This document shows, one piece after another, positions 36,154-41,725 of a DNA stretch of 41,725 nt. The notes beneath the pieces are model-generated. The model did no database searches, had not been told where the DNA came from, and saw only the letters and a list, made by a program, of their open reading frames with translations. The stretch spans positions 1-41,725 of the IMG/VR virus record IMGVR_UViG_3300031965_000069. One strand, 5' to 3'. Position numbers and translations under genes: made by a program. Numbering within the stretch: the first letter of the stretch is position 1; every line of letters begins with the position of its first letter. Origin of the DNA: a virus (taxonomy: Duplodnaviria; Caudoviricetes).

Positions 36154-37362
36154 ATGAAAGCATTCCAAGAAGGCGGCTCAGTTATCAAGACATGGACGGA
36201 TGGCGTTGAGCTTGAAGATGAGGCGCGAAATCAGCTTATAAACATTTCCCGTATGCCGTTCATTCATAGACATGTGGCCGTCATGCCCGACGTTCATTGG
36301 GGTATGGGTGCCACGATTGGAAGCGTCATTCCACAGATGGGGGCGGTTATACCTGCGGCGGTAGGCGTGGATATTGGATGCGGGATGATGGCTGTTCGCA
36401 CCAACATCAAAGCCCATGATTTGCCCGAGAGTCTAAAGGACGTGCGCTCATCAATCGAAAACGCTGTGCCGCACGGACGCACCAATAACGGCGGCCCGGG
36501 CGATAGGGGAGCATGGTGCAACATACCGGCTACAAACAGTCAGGTGTGGGAAGAACGATTCGTTGATCGGTTCAACAGCATTATTGCCAAGCACCCAAAG
36601 GCAGAAGGGAAGAATACGGCAAATCATCTGGGTACGCTTGGCACTGGCAACCACTTCATCGAACTGTGCTTGGATGAGTCTATGAACGTCTGGGTCATGC
36701 TCCACTCAGGGAGTCGTGGTATTGGTAATAGGTTTGGCCAGTATTTCATTGAGCTTGCTAAACAGGATATGAGGAAGTGGTTGATTAACTTGCCAGACGC
36801 AAATCTTGCTTACTTCCCTGAAGGGACTGAGCATTTCGATGATTATTGGGAGGCCGTTGATTGGGCTCAAAGCTACGCCTTAGCAAATCGCAATCTGATG
36901 ATGAGTTCTGTGTTGATTACTTTGGCCAAGCATTTCCACGATATTGAAACAACCGAAGAAGCTGTCAACTGCCATCACAACTATGTAAGCAGGGAGCACC
37001 ACTTCGGCAAAAATGTACTCATCACTCGCAAGGGTGCGGTCAGAGCGCGGGAAGGTGATCTGGGTATAATTCCGGGCTCGATGGGCGCGAAGTCGTTCAT
37101 CGTGCGAGGGAAGGGCAATCCTGAATCATTCATGTCGTGTTCGCATGGAGCAGGTAGGCGCATGAGCCGTGGTCGGGCTAAGAAAACGATCACAATGGAA
37201 CAGCACATTGAAGCGACTGCAGGTGTCGAGTGTCGCAAAGATGCGGATGTGATTGATGAGTCGCCAGCGGCGTACAAGTCTATTGATGCGGTTATGGAGG
37301 CCCAGAAGGATTTGGTTGAGATTGTGCATACGCTGAAACAGATCGTATGCGTCAAAGGTTAA
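36154..37362 (+). CDS. rtcB: RNA 3'-phosphate/5'-OH ligase RtcB
   Basis: MPDVH.G.G, VGVDIGCGM, LGTLGTGNHF, LHSGSRG, HHNY, TRKGA, IPGSMG, SHGAGR, DE.P.AYK. Confidence 0.97.
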   Translation: MKAFQEGGSVIKTWTDGVELEDEARNQLINISRMPFIHRHVAVMPDVHWGMGATIGSVIPQMGAVIPAAVGVDIGCGMMAVRTNIKAHDLPESLKDVRSSIENAVPHGRTNNGGPGDRGAWCNIPATNSQVWEERFVDRFNSIIAKHPKAEGKNTANHLGTLGTGNHFIELCLDESMNVWVMLHSGSRGIGNRFGQYFIELAKQDMRKWLINLPDANLAYFPEGTEHFDDYWEAVDWAQSYALANRNLMMSSVLITLAKHFHDIETTEEAVNCHHNYVSREHHFGKNVLITRKGAVRAREGDLGIIPGSMGAKSFIVRGKGNPESFMSCSHGAGRRMSRGRAKKTITMEQHIEATAGVECRKDADVIDESPAAYKSIDAVMEAQKDLVEIVHTLKQIVCVKG

Positions 37363-37434
37363 CCGGGACAAGTGTTACTGGTTGCATACGCCGTTTGGGG
37401 CGGTGTGGAGAAGGTTCGAGTCCTTCGTCCCAGA
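37363..37434 (+). tRNA. tRNA-Pro(UGG); one acceptor mismatch (C2.A71), A at position 8, no encoded CCA
   Basis: CGCCG-TTTGGGG-CGGTG anticodon arm; GAAGG-TTCGAGT-CCTTC T arm; GTGT/GCAT D stem. Confidence 0.75.
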
Positions 37435-37440
37435 ATATTA

Positions 37441-37511
37441 TGGCCCGTAGCTTAATGGCAAAGCGGAGTCCTTATAAGGCTCTGTCGGTGGTTCGATTCC
37501 ATCCGGGCCAA
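37441..37511 (+). tRNA. tRNA-Ile(UAU), no encoded CCA
   Basis: TGGCCCG/CGGGCCA acceptor; GCTT/AAGC D stem; GAGTC-CTTATAA-GGCTC anticodon arm; GGTGG-TTCGATT-CCATC T arm. Confidence 0.88.
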
Positions 37512-37539
37512 ATAACCAAGGAGCAGAAGGAGTCGCACA

Positions 37540-37701
37540 ATGCCAAAGAAAAAGACGCTTGAGCAGAGAGCCAAAGAATATCTTTGGACTACATGGCGAA
37601 ATCCAGAAGTTTCGATAAGGTTGTCCGACGCTTGGCTTGCTGGCTACCGAGAAAGTCAAAAGGATGAGAGGCGGAAGCGGAAGGAGAATAGGAAACTATG
37701 A
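37540..37701 (+). CDS. 53-aa hypothetical protein (MPKKKTLEQRAKEYL...DAWLAGY)
   Basis: AAGGAG RBS; manual translation. Confidence 0.55.
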   Translation: MPKKKTLEQRAKEYLWTTWRNPEVSIRLSDAWLAGYRESQKDERRKRKENRKL

Positions 37702-37722
37702 ATAATCTGATAGGGAGACTAC

Positions 37723-38013
37723 ATGACATTAGCGATTAAACCGAGAAAATCCAAGCGTTCCAAAAAGACAGTCTTCGGAGTATGGGATAACGGTAAAGAG
37801 GTATCGGTATTTGAGACTGAGCGTAAGGCGAAATATTGGGTTAAGAATCAGACGCCCGATCCGGCTGAAGGCAGAGAATTGAACGAGGAAGAAACAAGGC
37901 CGGACTGGTCTAGGGAGTGTAATAACTGCGGTGAATCTCCGATAGTGCCTATAACTGGGCTTTGTGGGCCATGTACTTTCGGAGAGGCGGAAACTATCGG
38001 AGGTAATTGGTGA
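37723..38013 (+). CDS. small protein with C-terminal CxxC...CxxC
   Basis: CNNCG...LCGPC; GGGAG RBS. Confidence 0.6.
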   Translation: MTLAIKPRKSKRSKKTVFGVWDNGKEVSVFETERKAKYWVKNQTPDPAEGRELNEEETRPDWSRECNNCGESPIVPITGLCGPCTFGEAETIGGNW

Positions 38014-38804
38014 TGACCAAATCTGAAAGGAAATCTATGAGGACATTCACTAAAGAAAAAAAAACTGCACTGCTGAGAGAAATCAAAAAGCACCGTGAGG
38101 CCGATCAAATTATCAAGGGGAGTTACGGTGAAGAGAATGGCACATGGAAAGGGTGCGCTGTGGGGTGTAGCGTCCGATCCTTGAATATTCTGGAAGGCAA
38201 AAATTACAAAACCAACGACCATACGGTATATGAAAAAGAACTAGGGATACCTGTAGAACTAGCGTATTTAGAGGACGAGCTTTTTGAAGCAATGCCTCTT
38301 GAACAGGCCTTGTTTTGGCCAGAACGGTTTATCAAGGCCGTACCGACAGGAGCTGACTTGTCACACGTAATCGCCAAATTGGTAATCTGGCAGTTTGAAG
38401 ATGCCAAATACGGACTGAAAAATATTAAGGAAGTGAAAGACGATAAAGAAATATACGGTTTTTGCGAGGATGTCGTCGCTCTATATAAACGCTCCCTAAC
38501 CGAAGAAGTTCAGGACGATGAATATTATCAACTCTACTTGAAAATAGAACGGGCTGAGGCTGAGGCTAGGGCTTGGGTTAGGGCTAGGGCTTGGGCTTGG
38601 GCTTGGGCTTGGGCTAGGGGTGAGGCTGAGGCTGGGGATTGGGCTAGGGCTAGGGCTTGGGTTAGGGCTGGGACTAGGTCTTGGGCTGGGGTTGGGGCTA
38701 GGGCTTGGGCTAGGGCTTGGGCTGACTACGAAAAATACGTCCTAATAACCGCCGATAAGCTGATCGAGTTGATGGGGGATGAGATAAGATTCAAAATTGT
38801 TTGA
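38007..38804 (+). CDS. phage hypothetical protein (GCAVGC...LGIP..LA.L.D..FE) with an Ala-X dipeptide repeat
   Basis: globular-looking N-terminus; ARAWAWAW tract encoded by 6-bp repeats. Confidence 0.7.
   Translation: MVMTKSERKSMRTFTKEKKTALLREIKKHREADQIIKGSYGEENGTWKGCAVGCSVRSLNILEGKNYKTNDHTVYEKELGIPVELAYLEDELFEAMPLEQALFWPERFIKAVPTGADLSHVIAKLVIWQFEDAKYGLKNIKEVKDDKEIYGFCEDVVALYKRSLTEEVQDDEYYQLYLKIERAEAEARAWVRARAWAWAWAWARGEAEAGDWARARAWVRAGTRSWAGVGARAWARAWADYEKYVLITADKLIELMGDEIRFKIV
38551..38723 (+). repeat. degenerate 6-bp G-rich tandem repeat (GGGCTT/GGGCTA/GGGTTA)
   Basis: read directly from the sequence. Confidence 0.9.
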
Positions 38805-39063
38805 TTATGTATGGCAAGCCGCTATGGCGTTTGGGGTTACAATTATATATACGGAGGTGCAGAAGTGATAACGAATAAACTGGAATCTATAAACATCCCA
38901 CCCTGTGACTACTGTAAGAAGCCACAGGAAACATTGGGCGCGGTTCTATATGGGCCGCCTTATAAGTCAGATCCTAAATCGCTTGTGGCTGGACGAATGA
39001 TCGTGCCTAAATTCCATATTTGCGTGGATTGTTATGAGAAGATAAAGCCGGAGGAGGCGAAGC

Positions 39064-39396
39064 GTGAGTCCTGAATCCGAGAAGGCGTGGTGGGAGGATG
39101 AGTTCCTAAAAGAGTTTGGCAAATTTCAAAGTGCAGGATGGTCTGATTCGGGGGACCCTAACAAGGAGAAAGCAGTAAATAAAGATAAGGTTTTTTCATT
39201 CATCCGAAAGGTTGAAGCCAGTGCAACCGAGGCCGCACTGAGAAGGGCGGCGGATATATCTGCCAACATCAGCAAGATAACAGGTTATCCACACTATCAA
39301 CATACGGCGAATGAAATAGCCCAATTCATCCTATCCGAGATACCGAAGAAGCACTCCGATGAGGATAAAGGGGAGGGGAAGCATGAAACTAATTGA
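39064..39396 (+). CDS. hypothetical protein
   Basis: GGAGG RBS plus GTG. Confidence 0.5.
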   Translation: MSPESEKAWWEDEFLKEFGKFQSAGWSDSGDPNKEKAVNKDKVFSFIRKVEASATEAALRRAADISANISKITGYPHYQHTANEIAQFILSEIPKKHSDEDKGEGKHETN

Positions 39397-39994
39397 AATC
39401 AAAATGACGCCAGGTCAGGCGGAGAAATTGAACGATGCTATTGATGGAAACGTGCCATTCGGTCTTATCTCTCAGCCGACTATGATTCCAAAGGTATTCA
39501 AAGTTCTGATTCTGAATGAGCGGCAATTTATACGTCTGTATAAATACATGAATCGATTTATTCGAGATGAGCGGCCAACCAATGCCAAATAAACACGGTC
39601 ACAACTACGTACAAGATATGATGGAAGCTGAGCGGAAAAACACCACAGACAAGCTCATGAAGCTGTTCTGGAAGATGTATGAGGACGGGAGAGCCGGGAG
39701 GATTGCTATTATGACCACGTACTTGAAGGGTGTGAGGAAGAAGATCAGGAGGATACTTAGTGGGCACTAAACAAATGAAAATCACAGACTTCACACGTAA
39801 AGTAACATTGTTGGAAGGTAAGAAGCGGGAGGTCAGCATAGCGCAAGTAGCTGAGATCTTAAGGATTGTGAATGACCTAACTAAGGGTGAGTTTTATAAG
39901 ATGGTGAGGAGATTGAAGTGATATATTCTTTTGTTTACATCACGCTTATTCTACTGTTGATACGTATTTTTCGATTTGCTGATCCGGTAGATAT

Positions 39995-40504
39995 TTAATT
40001 ACCTTTTATCTTAGAAACTTCAAGCTTAGCATCTTTATCCATCTTAGCTGAGAGTGAAGATTTAAGCTTCTCGGCCTCCCCGTTACCCGATGAGCGTAGG
40101 TAGTCCTCCACTCCAGCTACAACCTGGCCCATGCGTCTGCGCACACGCCCCGCTCCGAACTGCACAAGCCCAAAGCCGCCGGGTACGAAAATGACAAAAG
40201 CCAATAGAAGCCACAACCACCATGATGCGAAGGGATTTAGGAGCCAGCCCCAGAATGACCACCGAGTCTCAGGCGGTGTTGCGTTGACGGCATATGAGCG
40301 TTCGTAGTCGTATAGCACCTGCGCGGTAATTTCTTCGCCTGTCGGTAGTTTGAATGACACCTGACGCGGGTTAGCTCGCTCCCACTCGGTCTTTTGATAG
40401 CTGGGTTTGGGTTCATTCGCAGGTGGATTTGGCCAAGACGGAAATGAAGCACACCCGGATATCAAAACAGCCACCATGCAAGTGAGAGCGAGTAACTGTA
40501 CCAT
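39995..40504 (-). CDS. lipoprotein with a second transmembrane segment; spanin-like lysis candidate
   Basis: lipobox ISGC; Pro-rich linker; Trp-rich hydrophobic segment; next to a holin-like gene. Confidence 0.5.
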   Translation of the reverse strand: MVQLLALTCMVAVLISGCASFPSWPNPPANEPKPSYQKTEWERANPRQVSFKLPTGEEITAQVLYDYERSYAVNATPPETRWSFWGWLLNPFASWWLWLLLAFVIFVPGGFGLVQFGAGRVRRRMGQVVAGVEDYLRSSGNGEAEKLKSSLSAKMDKDAKLEVSKIKGN

Positions 40505-40611
40505 TAGTCGTTCTTATCCCATAACCGTTTAATAGCTGTAAATATCACAGGCCCAGTTACGACACCTATGATGTAAACTACTACGTAACTCCATATTCCC
40601 CAGTTTTCCAT
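40504..40611 (-). CDS. 35-aa membrane peptide MENWGIWSYVVVYIIGVVTGPVIFTAIKRLWDKND
   Basis: AGGAGG RBS; TAATG coupling to the next gene. Confidence 0.65.
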   Translation of the reverse strand: MENWGIWSYVVVYIIGVVTGPVIFTAIKRLWDKND

Positions 40612-40624
40612 TATAATCCTCCTT

Positions 40625-40864
40625 TTATGTTATGATCACTTTGACTATAACAGCCATGATTCCGGTAAATGTAAGACCGAAGAGCCAGCGGTCTGCCACG
40701 ATGTGGGCTTCCAAGCTGGTTTTGACATTTTCAAGTCGGATGGTACGCTCATTGGTGTCTTTGAGTAGCTTGTAGGCGTTCTCCATGTCGGATTGAACAC
40801 GGTCAAGCTGGGCCTTTATGACCGCTATGTTTAAATCTTGTGAATGAAGGTGTTCTTCAGTCAT
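40625..40864 (-). CDS. coiled-coil plus C-terminal TM protein, holin/hemolysin-XhlA-like
   Basis: heptad region followed by WLFGLTFTGIMAVIVKVII. Confidence 0.55.
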   Translation of the reverse strand: MTEEHLHSQDLNIAVIKAQLDRVQSDMENAYKLLKDTNERTIRLENVKTSLEAHIVADRWLFGLTFTGIMAVIVKVIIT

Positions 40865-41595
40865 TATCCTACTCCAAGCAAGGTTAATCTAGGTATGAAA
40901 CTAGTTCCCTCGGATGTTCCTACATATGGTTCCGTAGGCGGTGTGAAGTCTTCTGTCCAGCGGGCTACCCTGCTGAAACGAAATTCATCATATAACGCGT
41001 CCACGTCATTTGCACCGGTATAGTTTCCTCCAATTTTAACTCCTTGTGTCGGAGTGTATAATATGTTTAATCCGGGAGATAATGATTCATCTCCTCCGAT
41101 CTTAACTCCATCCTTAAATATCATGGCTAAATCACCGGATCTAACTACCGCCAGATGATACCAAGTGTTATCGGATATAGTGGCTATACTCCTCCCGATA
41201 ATCAGGGTTGTTGAAAAATTATTCACTTGGTGTAGCTGAAGATTTACAGAAGTAAATGAACCATCAACGATATATATACGCCATCTTCCGTTTACAGATC
41301 CCGCATTATGACCTCCAAAAATAGCAATACTTGAATTAAAATCAGATGGATTACCCGTACGCCTAAACCAGAAGTCAACGGTGAAATCGCTAGTCCCTAA
41401 TACGAAATCATCATGTTTGTCGAATAGCGCATCTCCGGTTTGTAGATGCTCCGCCAGTAAATGCCCGTCTCCGAATTTAGGTGAACCTGTAGATATAATC
41501 GGAGCGTCCACGGCGTTAGGCGTGTGATTGCCCATAGCATCCGAGAAGTCGGTATCTAGGTGAAGGAGTAGTTTGGTGTTTGAGTCTTCAGCCAT
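40864..41595 (-). CDS. LamG/concanavalin-A-like domain virion (tail) protein
   Basis: TKLLLHLD, KFGDG, DFTVDFW, WYHLAVVRSG, DEFRFS..ARW...FTPPT.PY. Confidence 0.85.
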   Translation of the reverse strand: MAEDSNTKLLLHLDTDFSDAMGNHTPNAVDAPIISTGSPKFGDGHLLAEHLQTGDALFDKHDDFVLGTSDFTVDFWFRRTGNPSDFNSSIAIFGGHNAGSVNGRWRIYIVDGSFTSVNLQLHQVNNFSTTLIIGRSIATISDNTWYHLAVVRSGDLAMIFKDGVKIGGDESLSPGLNILYTPTQGVKIGGNYTGANDVDALYDEFRFSRVARWTEDFTPPTEPYVGTSEGTSFIPRLTLLGVG

Positions 41596-41637
41596 TTTAC
41601 TTGTTATTCCGCATATTCCACCTGAACGAGTGACGGG

Positions 41638-41725
41638 TTAAACCACAGCACGATAACCAAAACTCCCGTCAACAGATATGGCATCTGATAGTTCTAAATT
41701 GAGAAGTTCTTCCTTTGCCGTAACA
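41638..41725 (-). CDS. 3' end of a virion-operon gene truncated by the window edge (...EELLNLELSDAISVDGSFGYRAVV)
   Basis: open frame from the edge to TAA at 41638. Confidence 0.45.
   Translation of the reverse strand, partial: VTAKEELLNLELSDAISVDGSFGYRAVV

Noticed and set aside
30000-39900. Diversity-generating retroelement behind the variable repeats
   Set aside because: No reverse transcriptase, no TR/VR pair, and variation is not adenine-specific

Overview
The window is most of a ~42 kb tailed-phage genome with podovirus-like architecture (P22-type portal, tail tubular and ejection proteins, no tape measure). It appears circularly permuted, because the minus-strand virion operon runs off the left end and continues at the right end. 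There are five blocks. (1) Minus strand, 1-22127: terminase, portal, scaffold, capsid, tail and ejection genes. A five-gene cassette sits directly behind the capsid genes: two GT9-like glycosyltransferases, two SAM methyltransferases and a ParB/Srx-domain protein. (2) Plus strand, 22291-23846: small genes including a lysozyme-like lipoprotein. (3) Minus strand, 23818-29652: replication module (HTH, SNF2 helicase, VRR-NUC, CHC2 zinc finger, D5/SF3 helicase, DEDDh exonuclease, repeat-rich putative origin). (4) Plus strand, ~29900-39920: accessory genes with four tandem-repeat proteins, two secreted proteins, RtcB and two tRNAs. (5) Minus strand, 39995-41725: tail and lysis genes. No integrase, DNA polymerase, CRISPR array or reverse transcriptase is visible. 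The strongest leads are the putative virion glycosylation/methylation cassette, an in-frame amber codon within a 15-bp hairpin in one of its glycosyltransferases, the combinatorial repeat proteins, the RtcB-tRNA cluster and an apparent ATC start codon behind an HNH endonuclease. All calls come from reading motifs by eye; no database search was run.
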